A stretch of 64,000 nucleotides of DNA from Azolla caroliniana. Taxonomy: Eukaryota > Plantae > Polypodiophyta. The notes beneath the pieces are model-generated. The model was not told the DNA's origin. It searched no databases and saw only the letters and a program-made list of their open reading frames with translations. Numbering within the stretch: position 1 is the first letter of the stretch; each line of letters opens with the position of its first letter. The stretch spans positions 11,346,001-11,410,000 of the forward strand of contig JBHGNT010000003.1 in the NCBI GenBank assembly GCA_043228905.1, given 5' to 3'. Positions 48,831 through 62,514 of this stretch are shown one piece after another. A program made the translations under genes and the position numbers.

Positions 48831-51239
48831 GCGGTAATCAATGACGAGACGAAGTGAGCCATCTTTATTCTTGACAAAGAAGATGCGTACTCCGGCCGGA
48901 GATTTCGAATGACGAATAAACCCGGTTGCCAAGTTCTCCTCTATGTAGGCTTGAAGGACTTCTAACTCGGTGGGTGACAAGTTGTAGATTGGTCCCCATG
49001 GTGGCTCTGCTCCTGGTTGTAAATCGATGGGACAATCATAGGGACGATGATGAGGAAGAGTATCGGCTTTTACCTTGTCAAATACGTCGGCATAAGGATG
49101 ATATTTCGCCGGAAGTTGCACTCAGGATTCATCCTTAATATTGCTGGAAGGATGTACTGATATGGCAAATAGGAACATTGCCTCCTTGTGTCCTTCTTCG
49201 CGTACTTGACGTAGTGAAATGGTCGAAACTCAATGACTAGATTCTTGGGGTTGTCGATATCAGACTTCTCTTGTTCTCCAATCTATGTCTGGATTATGTA
49301 GTTCAAACCAAGGTAATCCCAGGACAATGGGATGCTCTGGACTACTAACTATATTAAATGATACTACACACACAAAACTACCTAGGACAACCTGAATGGG
49401 TTCTAACTCTTCTACAATATTCCCGGAAGCAATGGGACAACCATCAATGACTACTACAAATGCGGGGCAAGGAAGTTTTCTTAAGGATATCTGAGAAGCG
49501 TGGGCAAAATTTCGATCCATGAAATAGGAATTGGCTCCGAAATCTAAAAGTGCTAGAACTTGTATTGGGGGAGTACTTTTAGTACTAACCATGACTTGGG
49601 CTAGGAACACATTGCTAACTTGCTTGGAGGGAATGGAACCACTAATGGGTTGTACAGATCTAGGGTTGTCCAACCAAACGGCTCCTATTTTGGCTGGACT
49701 CGATCGTTTAACTCATCATTTAATTGACTAAGGATTTCAAATTTGTTTGAGATACTTGGGCTATTAGTACTATTAATACTATCAGACACTCCTAAGGGAA
49801 GAATTGACTCGGTTTTAGTACAAGCTACGATTTGATTTACGTGTCTTCTTGGCCTATGGGGACAATTGATTGTGATATGCCCTGGTCCACCGCAATAAAG
49901 ACATAATCGATTTGCATGGCGTCGTTGCTTTTCTTCTTCCGATAACGGGCCACGTCGACGCATGGTGCCAATCTCCATCGGTGTCGGAGTATTTGCTTGG
50001 GGTATGTCGCGTGCGAACGCTTTAGCTGCGCCTGAGGCGTAAGAGATTTTGGTTCTTCGGGGAAGGTTTAAAGTAAATCTTTTACATCATTTTGCAGGCC
50101 GTATCGAAACTGCTCCATTAGTGCCTAATCATCCCAGGGGATATCAGAGGTGAGTAGATGAAAATCCGCCGCGTAGGTAGAGGCTGGACAATCGCCTTGA
50201 CGCAATCGTCGGATCTTGTTGATAACCGTCCTGATGTTGTCGATGTCTCCAAAGCGGGCTTTAAACTCACTAATAAAATCTTCAAAGTTATTAAGCAAGG
50301 GTGATTGTTTTTCTAGAAGTGGAGCGAACCATGCTAAGGTTGAGCCGCTAAGCAACGTGCCTATTAGGCCGACTCAGGATGCATCAGTGGGGTATCGGGA
50401 AGGATGCATTTGGATAACTAATCGTACCTGATTAAGGAATCCCCTGAATTGCGATCGCGTTCCATCAAATTTCACAAGAAGTCCAATCTTCGGCTCTTTA
50501 TGAAATCCTTGGGGACTTGATCCTTGTTGTTGCAATATTGCTTCGAGTTGTTGTACCCGTAACTCTAACTCCCCATGTTGTTGCTGTGTTTGTTGTTTTT
50601 GTAGAGTGATTTGTTGTAGATCCCCTATCAGCCGTTGGTTTTCCTATTCCAAGGCAACAATTTTTTCTTTTAGGCACTGTAGCCTGGAGAAAACGGATTG
50701 ATATTCTTGGGCACTAACAGTAGCCATAGCATAGGGAAAAGGGTAGGAGGATGAGGGAGAACGACAAGTAGGCTTGAGAAAAAATTGGGTCAAACAGTCA
50801 GGAATGTACTAAGCAGAGAGAGAATTAGTACTAAAGAAGAGAAGTACTATTAGTACTATGAGGACGGGACTGCATAAGATTCCCGAGAGAGAAAGAGAGA
50901 AGAGGAGAGAGAGATAGCGAGGATGAGAGAGAGAGGGATGATGATAACAACTAATATATTATGTGAAGGATAAGTACAAAGTGGCTAAGAAGCTTAAGAC
51001 TGGCGTTGAACCAATTTGGTTCAAAACAATGCCTTGTGCCTCCTTTTATAGTGCTCTCAGGAGTAGTCTTGAAGCTTCTAGAATGTTCTAGAGAAATCTG
51101 GAATATACATTAATTTTTTATAATAAAGGATAAATGAAAATAATATCCTACAAATTACAATAGATGGTGTGATGGTTAAGAGCTCGACCCATATACCATA
51201 AGGTCATGGGTTCGAGTCTTGCCATATCATGACACGGTG

Positions 51240-52291
51240 TCAATTTCGATTATGGCATAGTGTTGCGAGTTCCCGAGTCGAACTGAGTCGAAGTGCCAGT
51301 CCGAGTATTGCCGAAACTTAGATCGGTGAGGTGTCACATGATACGATGCGCCCGAGTCTAGGAGCCATGTCCTCGATTCCTTAGTCGTAAGTAGAACTTC
51401 TGATTCAACTAGGTTCTCTATGGACAATATGTTCGGGTCGGTCGTCAAAATTTCGGCTGAAGAGCCGATGTAGTTGACCTCCTCATGCCGGCTACTCTTC
51501 TGATCCGCTCTCTGAGCTTCATCGGTGTTTGCTTTGAGTGCCCGACAGTCGGCTTTGATGTGTCCCAATTTCTTGCAATAGTTGCAAATTCGGTTGTCCC
51601 GGGACTTGCTCCGGCTTCGCTGATTGTTCGGCGGTCGGGAAGAACTTCTTCCCCGGTTGTTCGATCGGTCGATCGAACCTTGTACTGCGTAAGCTTCATC
51701 TTCCGAGTCTTTGACGAAAGACTTTCTCCGAGCTGCTTCAGTCAAGATTGCGCTCGTGATTTTGGAGTACTTAATGGCAATTGTTGAAGCATTGCACACG
51801 GTTGTGACGAAAGTTTCCCAAGAAGAGGGGAGACTACTCATGAGTATCATTGCTCTGAGTTCATCCTCTATTGCCGTCCCTTGAGAAGATATTTGGGAGC
51901 TTAGTCTTTTGTACTCGTTGAGGTGTGCCTGAACCGAATCAGATTCTTTCATCCGCAAGTTGTAGAGGCACCGGATCAGATACATCTTCGTTGCGGCAAC
52001 CTTCTTTTCATAAGTTTCCGACAGTGTTTTCCAAAGTTCAAAAGTTTTCGTGCATGATTGCACTGTGAAGTACACTGACTCCAACAAGTGCATCCGAATC
52101 GTGGCGCGGACGATTCTGTCCAGCTTTAGCCACTCGTTTGCCTTGTATGCTTCTGGAGGATTTTCATTCTCAATCGGGTCTATCTGACCCTTGACTATGA
52201 GATAGTCCTGCATTTGTTCCTTCCAGAAGTTGAAGTTCGAACCGTCGAACCTCCTTAGACTCATCTCCGATGAGCCAGATGTTGATGCCAT
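51240..52291 (-). CDS. Copia G gag-protease (open until the J insertion)
   Basis: FDGSNFNFWK, CNYCKKLGHIKADC, WLLDSGASYH. Confidence 0.88.
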
Positions 52292-52945
52292 CTTATTCGG
52301 TTTCGGTTGGTAAGACTCTGTTCGGAGTTGACTAGGAACCTTAGTGGGGTGCAGTCGATCGGCTCACCCAATATCGTTCTACTCGGTCTTGAACCCGAGT
52401 CGGTTTGGTTTCGGATACTTGTTGCTGAACTTGCTCGGAGTGACTCCGGTAACTTGAGGGATAGAACCGGCTGGTCTTCCCGAATGTTGTCGAGTCAGAG
52501 TGAGCCCGGTTAGCTTCCGATTGTATGTCGAATACCGATTATGAGAAACCGATTGTTTGGGCCGATTCTGCTTCGGATGACTGCAGCGATGAGAGGGACG
52601 GATCCAACTGATCCTCCCGAATGAAGCAGGAATTTGGTTGTTTCCAGGAGACCAATCTGCAACGGGTGGTTACAACAAGCGGGTGAATAGTGTCCGGTGA
52701 CCTATTCAGATGTCATTTAACCGAATGAAGAACGATTGGGTCGTGTGTTGCACAAGGACCTCGTCTCAAGTGGTTACAATCACAAGAATAGAGTACAGCT
52801 AGCTAGCTTACTCCAATTAGTGATTTAACATAGTGAGATGCAAACTTCTTGTTTGTCTTTTCTCTTCTCTGTTCTTCAAGAAGTTACAAAAACAGAATGT
52901 TGTGGTGTACTGTGACAGCCGGCAGCGGGTTGAAGAACCTCCAAC

Positions 52946-52957
52946 GCTCTGATACCA
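52946..52957 (-). promoter_or_regulatory. PBS of G, tRNA-iMet
   Basis: TGGTATCAGAGC on the minus strand, 2 nt from the LTR. Confidence 0.92.
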
Positions 52958-52959
52958 AA

Positions 52960-53263
52960 TGTTGGGCACAAGGTCGTCAGTGGAAAAGAACAAACAACAT
53001 CTGTGATGTTGAAGGACTTGTGTATGAGAATGAACAAGATACACACACAGAAAGAGAGAGAGAGATAGGCACAAAGAAACATTTTATTTCTTAATAGCAA
53101 CAGTTACAAATGACAACCAACTTTTTCACTAAAGGTTACAAAGTCACTTTATATAGTGACTATCCTAGGGCAACTGCCCTTTATGCTATTTACAGAAATA
53201 GCCCAAACTTGGGTTGTCCAAAGGGACACTGTGAATACGGCCATTATACACTCATATTCGACA
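52960..53263 (-). repeat. 5' LTR of G
   Basis: Direct repeat of 30059-30360. Confidence 0.92.
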
Positions 53264-53831
53264 AGGGGGGGGGAGGGGCTGGGGAGGTGTTGGATGATGG
53301 GGCGAAGTTTCTTCCCGGCCTAAAACGTGTGATGACCTTCTCGTAGAGCCGGCCCTATTATGACTCCCCAATCTATGGCCTGTCCCTCGAACATCGCGAT
53401 GACGATGACCGCTTTTTGTTTTGGCATCCCGTACGCATTAGTGTGCCCACACCCCAGTTCTAGTAAAAACTTCGCAAGTTCATGAAAGAAAGAGTCAGGC
53501 GCATCCTTTGTCCTGTAAGCTTTGGCCGAGACACTGTAAGTTCCCCAAAGTAACGCTCAAGAGCCCCTGTTGGAGGGATCTCGAAGTAGCGTTCTCCATT
53601 TCTGGACAGGCCCAACTTCTTCCTGATGTTGGCGTTTGTGATGATGTCAATATTGAGCTTCCTCGCCATGTCCTGTGAGTTTGGCTGGAGCAACGCTTCT
53701 ACTACCCAGATGTAGCCTGCAAGACCCTTGTCGAGGAGCCACCTCCGTAGGGCTCGGGAGATATCAATCTTCATGTTGCTTACATCTTCGAGGACGAGCT
53801 GAGAGGATCGAGGGGAACGAGTGGAGGCCAA
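53264..53831 (-). pseudogene. N-terminal part of the extra 3' ORF of L
   Basis: ORF 53460-53831, then a shifted frame reading MPKQKAVIVIAMFEGQAIDWGVIIGPALREG...PSPSPP. Confidence 0.5.
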
Positions 53832-56800
53832 GGGTCAAGTGAACGAGCTTCGGTAATAGCGAGCTGAGGGAGGAGAGCGAGAAGATCAAGGAGAGCTGAG
53901 AGATCATGAAGGCTTTCTTTTATGTGTAGAGAAGTGGCTTGCTTCCTCTTTTTGTGAGAATGAAGAGTTAGAGTTCAATATTCGTCGAGTCATTGTGTGG
54001 ACGCGTGTACTTGCTTTCTTGAAAGTTGCTTTTGCATGTAACATCCTTAAATAGTCGTGAATGCCCCCCCTTTTTTTTCTTTTTTTTTCATTTCATACCT
54101 AGCGGTTATGGCTCTTAGTATAGTACATTAATGTTACATACTTACAAGTGGGGCCTCGTTCCATGCGTCAGTTACCCCCAATCGTCGTGGCAAGGAGTGG
54201 CCCGTTTTTCGTATCGATTCGATAATGGTTTGGCGGTGTGGGACCCCAATACGGCTTCACCGAAAACCATTGAACTTTTGTTGTAACACTTCCCCTGTGA
54301 GCGTGCTCAGCTCGAACGTCCTGTTCTTCGATGCCTACTATCCAATATGGCCCAGTCCATCTGAACCGTAATTTCCCTAGCATATGTCCCATGCGTGTTT
54401 GGAACACCATGACAGCTTTTCCAACTTTAAACAATTTATCATTGGTGCCGCGGTGCCGATCTACGAATGCCTTCGGTCGGCGTTGCTCATCGAGTTCGAG
54501 GAGTTGTTGTAAGCGGGTTTGAACAGACTGTCATTCGGAAAGTCTCTCTCGAACTTGTATCCATAAACTTGGAACCTGAAACTCCACATGCATTATGGCT
54601 TCTACTCTGAAAGCTAGCCGGAATTGGATACTGGTCTTAAAACTTGTACGGTACACCCATAGGGAGCTATGCAGTTTTGTGTCCTAGTCGGTGCGGTTTT
54701 CGTTGACGATTTTCTTTAGGATGTTCTGGAGCGTTTTATTCGTCGATTCCACGAGTCCATTTGCCTGTGGATAATACGGCGTGTTGTTCTTGTGAACTAC
54801 CGCGTAATGGTCGGTGAGATCATGGATTACCGCGGTGATGAAATGGCTTCCTTGATCGCTGATTAGATCTATAGGGCATCCAAAACGGCACCAATTGTGC
54901 TCGTATAAGAATCGTGTCGTGGATGTCGTCGTGTTATCTCATAAAACTTTTGCTTCGACCCATTTCGTACAATAGTCCATGCGCACGAGGATGTACCTAT
55001 TACCTATCCGTGATGCAGTTGGAGTAAATGGTTTGACAAAATCAAGACCCCATTTCTGGAATGGTTCTAGTGGTAACAATTCTAGGGGCATCAATGCTAA
55101 TTCTGTTGGTTGGCCCATTCACTGACACAAGTCGCATTCTTTACAGTACGTGTGGGCATCCTTCTATGTCGTCAGCCACCAAAGTCCTCCTTGCCATGTC
55201 TTATGTGCAGTTGCCTCCATTTTGTAGTGAACCCCTGTTATTCAGCAAGGAGCTTCTCGCAATACCATGCTCTTCTCATCCTGGCGTACACACCTTCGCC
55301 AGATACCGCCCCTTTCCTTATGGTACAGTATTCCCTCGAGCAGACAAAAGCTTCGGCTTCTGACAACCAGCCGCTTCTTTTCATCTATACATAGGCGTGG
55401 AGGTGGCAGCCCCGTACTTAAGAAATAGGTGATTTCCTCTAGCCATTTGTCCGGGGAGTGCGTGCCTTCCTCGACATCACTTGCCGAAATACGCAGGATT
55501 CCAGTATCCAGAAACTCATTGTCCCCTTCGACCATTTCTTATCCATTTCCGATCCGGCTGAGATAATCGGCCACTACATGTTGGGTCCCTTGCCGATGTT
55601 GGATCTCGAACTCGAACTCCTGTAACAGTAGCATCTATCGGATCAACTTCCCGGTCAACGACTGTTTTGAGACGAGATAGAGTAGCGTCATGTGATCAAC
55701 GTGAAAAGTGAACTTCTGGCCTAATAAGTAATGTCGAAGTTTCTTGACGCTATATATCATTCTTAATGCTTTTGTCTCTATCATGGAGTAGTTCCGTTCA
55801 ACGTCCGTTAATTTGTGGCTGGAGTAGTACACTAGCCAAGACTAGTTCGGCTCGGTTAGTTGCATGAATGCGCTATCGATGTCGCATGCGTCTACGAATA
55901 TGTGAAATGGCTTCGGCCAAATTGGAGGTTGTACGACTAGTGCCTGTGTCAGCATTACTTTTAAGGCTAAGTACGCCTTGTCTTCTGACTCGGTCCACTT
56001 GAAAAGAGTGTGATGCACCGCTGCGTGTAGTGACATGGCGAAATCCGCTAGATAGAGAAGCGTGTGGTTGTGCCAACGAAGTTGCCCCAAGAAGTGACTA
56101 AGAGCTTTTTCGTTGCGTGGGGTTGGGGCTTCCACAATGGCTTTGATTTTTCCGAGATCTACCGCGATACCTTCTTTGCTCACTATGTGCCCAAGAAGGG
56201 ATCCACTCCTGACACTGAATGCGCATTTGGACGGATTGAGCTAAGTCGTGTTGAACGGCATCGCTCCAAGCATAGTCGTAAAGGACCTAAATGATCTGCT
56301 CCCGCTCCATAAACTGCAAAGTCATCGAGAAACACTTGCATGAATGCGGGGATGAACTCGCTGAAAATTTTGGCGATGATGCGTTGGAACGTTGCTGGGG
56401 CGGTCTTCAACCCGAACATCATGACTACAGCGACTAATACACCCCAATCTGTCATGAAGGCGGTTTTCTCCTAGCCGTCTGGGTGCATGCGTACCTGATT
56501 GTACCCGCTAAAACCATCCAGGAAGTTGTACATTACGTGGTTTGCAACAGCATCAAGTACGGTATCTGTAAACAACAAAGGAAAGGCGTTTGTGATCGTA
56601 ATTGCATTCAATTTGCAATAGTCGACACAAACACGGATTTTGCCATTTTTCTTCAATATGACCACGATCAGACTAAGCCATATGGCTTGTTTTATTGCCC
56701 TAATGAACCCGATTTCAAAAAGTTTAGTGATTTCTTCCTTTACACGTGTCACGTAATTCGGGTTCATACGGTAGCGTCGTTGCTGAACTGGCTTAGCGTC

Positions 56801-59720
56801 TGTTGCCAAATTGATTTGGTGTTGCTAAAACTTGGGGTCTAGTCCCTTCATGACTTCGTGTGACCACGCAAACACGTCTTTGTATTCCCGTAATAGGTCG
56901 ATCATCGCCTTTCTTTCGGGAGGTGTCATATCCTTTGCTATGGACAGAGGTTGTGGTGCCCTACATTAATCTCTTCCAACGTCGACGTTGTGACCCGTTG
57001 AGAGATTTCCATTTCTCGATCAACTGCATCACGCACCCTACTCAGTTCTAGTAATGATTCCGGGTACGGTTCATACTCTTCCCCCTCTGGTGTGGACGAC
57101 GCGACGTATCCGTTGGTTGTTTCGATGACGTCTATCTCGAACAATGGTATTACTCCGGGATTCTCGTCCAGGTACACCTCAAGTTCAGTCTCGTCAAGCC
57201 CTTTCAACATGTTGACCTCTTCCGCATATAGTGGCGTTATTGCTTTTATGGGTGATGTGGTCTCCTACGTCGGAACTCGGCCCTTGGCTCGGCCCTGGCG
57301 GAAGTTAATGTTGTTAAACTGCCAATTCTCCTTGATATTAGCGGAACGTAACCATGGGCGACCTAGCAAGATGGGGGTATGCACTAGGGGCGTTGAGAGC
57401 CAAAACAACGGCTGCAATTTCAAGGGCATGGCCACCTATCACGATTTTTAATTTTCGGACCAACCCCTATGGTCTGACGGAACATGTATCCGCCATACGG
57501 AGCCAGAATGGGCATACTTCCCACTCCATAATGCCAAGATGGTTACACGTGTCCTTACTAATAACATTTACCCCGGATCCTCCGTCGATGATACAGCCTA
57601 GGATTTCCTCACCCTGCAAAACCACCTTGATAGCCGGATTCTAATGGCCAATCACCGTTGGTCCCATACTAGACTCTACAAAATTGGTCGGAATCTCGAC
57701 TCTATCCTACAACTTGCCAGAATTGAGGAACTTGGTTCAATAACCTATCCATTATCAAAGTAATCTGACAATCCGCAACTGCTTGGCATATTGGGTCTTC
57801 CGTTGGTGTCGTATCCTGTATGTCGGACGATGAAGCTACGTTTGCTGAATCCTGGTGTATGTGGTTGGCATTGGCTTCATTCGCCCTTTCGACCCAAGCC
57901 ATAGCAGCTTCGTGGATCTCATCTTGCTCCGCCCATTCCGTGGACTTGGCCTTGCTGCGAGTCGTAACGTGTTGGACTTCCGTCGTGATGGTGTTCACGG
58001 TTGGCCCTTTTCCCTTATCGTGTCATGGACATTGAGTCACATAGTGTCATGGTTGTTGCCAATGGACACTAGACTTACCTTTTTCGATGATTAGGGGAGC
58101 TACCAGCTTGGTTGGCGGCACCTGCTCTTCTCAAGACCACTGGTAGTGTCTGTTATTACGGGGCTTCCGGTGATAATCGTGACGATTATCCTGGCGATGC
58201 TCATCCTTCGAACTCTCGTCGCGGATTCGCTGATTTCGTGGTTGTCGATTTCCGCCATATGAGCGCAATCTGGTCTTCCCCACCGCAATTGTTAGTGGAA
58301 CGCCCGTTGTCGAAGCGTCGTCCTCCCCACAAATTATAGCGGTCATTTCTTGGGTACTCCTCTTCCTCCGGATCCTCATCCTCTGAATATGGATCATTGT
58401 TGCGATGAGGGCAATTTGGATGGTCCGAACAATGGTTGCACTCCGAACCCCGGTAGCGCTCGTCTTGTCAGCTCTGGTTGCTTTCTCGATTAGTACATTG
58501 AGGCTCGATACGACGTACTGGTGCTACAAGGCGATTTAACATATTATATTCGCATTGGTCCACCGTATGTGCCCGTGATTGACAAATAGGATAGTGGACT
58601 CGCATGTTGCAGTCGACTGCTGAGTGTCCTGGGTTTAAACTGGTCGTGCACTGGATGGCCTGTCAGAACCAATACTCCTCGTCTCCTGGTAACGCTTGCC
58701 GTAATGATGCCATGGACAACCCGTCGTCCTCATCTTCTAATTCTAGTTGTAAGGCTCGTTCAATGACCGTGTCTGTCATTTGTCCCATGAAGTTTTGCAT
58801 TCCCAACGTTGTCCGCAAGGTTCGACGCAAGGCGGCCAAGAAGGTTCCTTTTGCCTCGTCTCCCATGGGAGCTCTTGTCCGCTAGCACCTTAGATTCTAG
58901 AACCGTAGGCTGAAATGGACGACGGACTCTTGCTGGAGTTGCCAAATAGAGTAGAACTGGCTGATAATTTTGCGTAGTGGAATGCTTCTGCGAAAGAAGC
59001 ATAGAAACATCGAGCGGTGTTGGTCGAAGGAGGCAAAAGTCATGATGTCGAGCTGGGAATGCTAACGGGCAGCATGTCCGTCGAGCGTCAGGCCAAACTC
59101 CGTGATTTTGGAAGCGTGGGCTTCGGCTCCCATAAGCCACTGTGACACATGGTCGGCGTTCCAAACAATTAGGAACAACCGATCGTGACTTTCGGCGTCA
59201 GTGTCTCCACTGAAATGAGGGTACGAGAAAGCCATCGCAGTATATTCTCCGAAGCTAGGGTAAATATTGCCGACACAGTATGGGGAGGTTTGTGTTGTGT
59301 TGTTGGCTTCATTATGGTGGTGAAGTGGGGATAGGACCTTCTACCAAGTCCCTCTTTGCTCAGTGAGTGTCGACTCGAGTGTATTCGACGAGACATCCAG
59401 AAAGAAATTGTTGAGGCGTGCTTTTTGCGTAGCACATTTTGCTGCCCTTCGGGTTTCGACCCGGGTTTGTTGTCGAACTTCACGAATTGGTTCCTTGCTG
59501 CGTTGGCTGCTAGATATCCATTCCCTGATGTTCAGGTGTGAAAATCGCACATCACGAGGCATGCCAAAAGTGTTATCAGGTAGGGTAAACATGGCCTACC
59601 CTCAGTCCTTCGGGGTATGGCTCAAGAAGATTATGGTGCAAGGAATGGAGAGCGTATATAGGCTATTCACAATGGTTGGGAGTGTAGTGCGTAGCGTGGC
59701 ATAAGCTTAGGGGAAAGAGA

Positions 59721-60072
59721 TGTACAAAGACGGCTACAATCGACTTCCTCGCACGATGCGTAAGTTTTACACAAAAACACTTACACGCTTAATCACGCAC
59801 AGAGTATATGCAACAGCTGAGAGACCCAGTGATTCGAAGCAACAAAACTATATTTCAGATATTACCAAAAGTATTACGCTATCTTTTACAAGTTTCCCAT
59901 GCCCTTTATATACAGGGTCATGGTCGGTTACGCTTGGAGCGTGAACCGTTACCGGCGTTCAAAAACGCTTCATTCTATACCTACGGCCTCATAATTATGC
60001 TACGATTGTTTCTATCCCTACGCCTTCCTTTTCTTCTACCTTTTCCAACTTGGCCGACTTAGGCGCCCAACA
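59721..60072 (-). repeat. Probable 5' LTR of L
   Basis: TGT...ACA termini, TATATAAA on the minus strand near 59865-59912 region, sharp border with copia M at 60073. No PBS recognised. Confidence 0.55.
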
Positions 60073-62514
60073 AGAATACGACACCGGTAGACACGAGTCG
60101 GATCAGAGCAAATCCTACTCCAGAAAGAACGAAGACGGACCTTCGGAGACGAAGCTCAAATCGGCAAAGAGGGCCCTTAAATCACCGATCTACCCACCAG
60201 GATAACCCCGTCAAACGGTATGGGTATAATGAGTACATGTCGCATCACTATGAGTACATGATAAAAGTGGTGGCAGTGCGTGAGCCAGAGAGCTACGTAG
60301 AAGCGGTGAAAGACACGAACTAGCGTGTTGCAATGGAGGAAGGAATGTGGACACTCGATGCCAACGACATTTGGGACCTGGTTGACCCTCCCCAACACTA
60401 CAAACTGATCGGCTTCAAGTGGGTATACAAGGTAAAGTATAATGCCAATGGTTCGGTCAACCGGTACAAGGCCCAATACAAGACCCACGGAATTGACTAC
60501 GACAAGAGCTTCGCTCCGGTAGCGAAGATGACAATGGTTCATGTGGTGCTAATTGTTGTTGCATCAAGGGGGTGGCATTTTCACAAAATGGACATGAAGA
60601 ATGTGTTTCTTCAAGGCGATCTTGAAGAACAAGTCTATATGATCCAGCCCCCCTAGCAATGTGCTGACTCAAGAAGTCGCTCTACGGCTTGAACCAAACC
60701 CCCCAATCTTTGAATTCGAAAATCACACACCGGTTGCATAAGATGGGTTTTTATGGCCTCCAAGTCTGACTCTTCGTTGTCCATCTGGAGAGGTCCAGTT
60801 TGCATCTTGCTATACGTGGATGATCTAGTCACCATCGAACCCGGACTCGCTTAAATCAGCCAAGTGAAGCCCCAGTTGTCGAACACATTCGAAATGAAGG
60901 ACCTGGGGGACCTTCATTACTTCAAAGTGATACACACCCCGACGACATATTGCTATCTCAGTGACACTATGTGTTGAATATGTTGTACAAGTTCGCTATG
61001 ACATATTGTCAACCGGTCTCCACACCCGTGGATCGAAACCTGAAACTTCGTCCGGACTGCAATGAGAAACAGTTCTAGCAAATCGTCAAAAGACTCATAT
61101 ATCTAACGATCACCCGACCCAACATCAGCTATCCGGTCAGAGCGATCAGTCAATTTATGCAGAAGCCAACCGTCGAGCACCTTCAGTGCACGCATCAACC
61201 ATTGTGATATGTGAGCAACACTAAGGATCGGGAACTATTGTACCAACACGGTATATACGAAATGTTAATCATTATATAGATGTCGGTTGGGCCGGTGATG
61301 CGTCGGATCGACGGTCAACATCCGGTTTTATGTTCTCTCTAGGTAGCGCAGATGTTGCGTGGAGCAACAAAAAGCAGCCGACAGTGGCTCTATCTAGCAC
61401 TAAGGTTGAGTATCGGAGCGCTATTGTTGCTACCTGTAAAGCCTTTTGTCTTTGGTGGCTGCCACAAGACCTCCAGATTGAAGAACCGACTCTAATCCCG
61501 CTCTATCGCGACAACATGAGTAGCATGTAGCTTTCCAAGAACTCCATTTTCCATGCTCGAACAAAGCACATAGGAATGCATTATCACTTTGTACGTAAGC
61601 AGGTCCTGAGCAGTGAAGTCGAACTCTGGTATGTTCGGATGGATCGGCAGGTTTCCAACATCTTCACCAAGCCACTCGGATCAGACAAGTTGCAGCATTT
61701 TTTGGAGATGCTTCGGCTACAGCATCTCGACATGCAGCACTTGAGGAGGAGAACCGGAACCGGAACCGGAAAGATAGGTAAAGGCATCAAAGAAATAGGA
61801 GGAAGGAGACAAGAAGAAAAAGGAACTCGACTCAACTAAAGAAGTGAGCACATCCAAAAAAGTCAGAACGAGCGGCGACGGTGGGAGAGTCAAGAAGAAC
61901 TGAGCCGACCGGAGCAATAATGTCAAGACCCGGACATGGTCTGATGTGTTAAAGGGCCTGAAGATTGAGGACGAATTGGAGACAACCAATTCGGAGAAGC
62001 CGAATCAACAAAAGGCCAAACAAACGAGAATTCGACGCCGACATGGAGGAACCGTCAGGTCGAGAAGCGCCGAAATGACAGCAGCGAAGGAGCTGAGATG
62101 GGCCTCTTGAGCAGACAAGACGACCAAAAAGGTCGAGGTGCGCAGAACTAGATGGATCGTGGGAAGCGGAAGCAGACAGATCGAGGAGCGTGAGCAAGGC
62201 CAAAAGACGCCGGGAAAAGCCGACTACAAGGATCGGCAAAGTCGTTGAGCTTGAGGGAGAATGTTGAGCAGACAAGCTCAACCTGATCCAGATTCGTTGA
62301 GTAAGCCAGAGCCGGCTTGTATAAAAAGTGCTCTCTGAGCACATTGTATGTACAGAGTGATTTTTGTATTTATGATTTAGGTTGTTCTACTCTCTCTATC
62401 TCTGTCGTGTAATGTGTGTGTGTAATTTAATCTTTCCATTAAACCTTAGTTTTGTTTGTTGTTTGCTATCCGGCTTAGCTGGTTTGTCTAAGCTTGCACG
62501 CATTAACTTTCACA
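60073..62514 (+). mobile_element. Copia M, 3' half (RT, RNase H, 3' UTR, LTR 62262-62514), same family as A
   Basis: KWVYKVKY, DMKNVFLQG, LYVDD, VALSSTKVEY; PPT gagggagaa. Confidence 0.88.

Larger units (their letters stand above)
43096..51234 (-). mobile_element. Tcn1-like chromovirus J (relative of H), split by K
   Basis: LTRs 43096-43535 and 50796-51234, TSD CGGTG, PPT next to 43536, self-priming PBS near 50780-50795, RT YLDD, chromodomain EYEVAAILDSK..YLVDWLGY..TWEP. Confidence 0.93.
30059..53263 (-). mobile_element. Copia G: complete two-LTR element hosting H, I, J and K
   Basis: LTRs 30059-30360 and 52960-53263, iMet PBS, PPT complement ctccccc at 30361, gag-PR-INT-RT-RH order. Inserted in a G-run, so the TSD is imperfect (ggagg/agggg). 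Confidence 0.92.
28261..60072 (-). mobile_element. Gypsy L: degenerate non-chromovirus (Athila-like) with an extra 3' ORF; own segments 28261-30058 and 53264-60072
   Basis: Gag zinc knuckle near 58560-58600, protease IIDGGSGVN near 57570-57593, RT VFLDDF, RNase H, integrase to 54168. Assignment of 28261-30058 rests on continuity across the G insertion. Confidence 0.7.

Noticed and set aside
59690-59720. PBS or self-priming site for element L
   Set aside because: No TGG-initiated tRNA complement and only about 6 nt of complementarity to the LTR.
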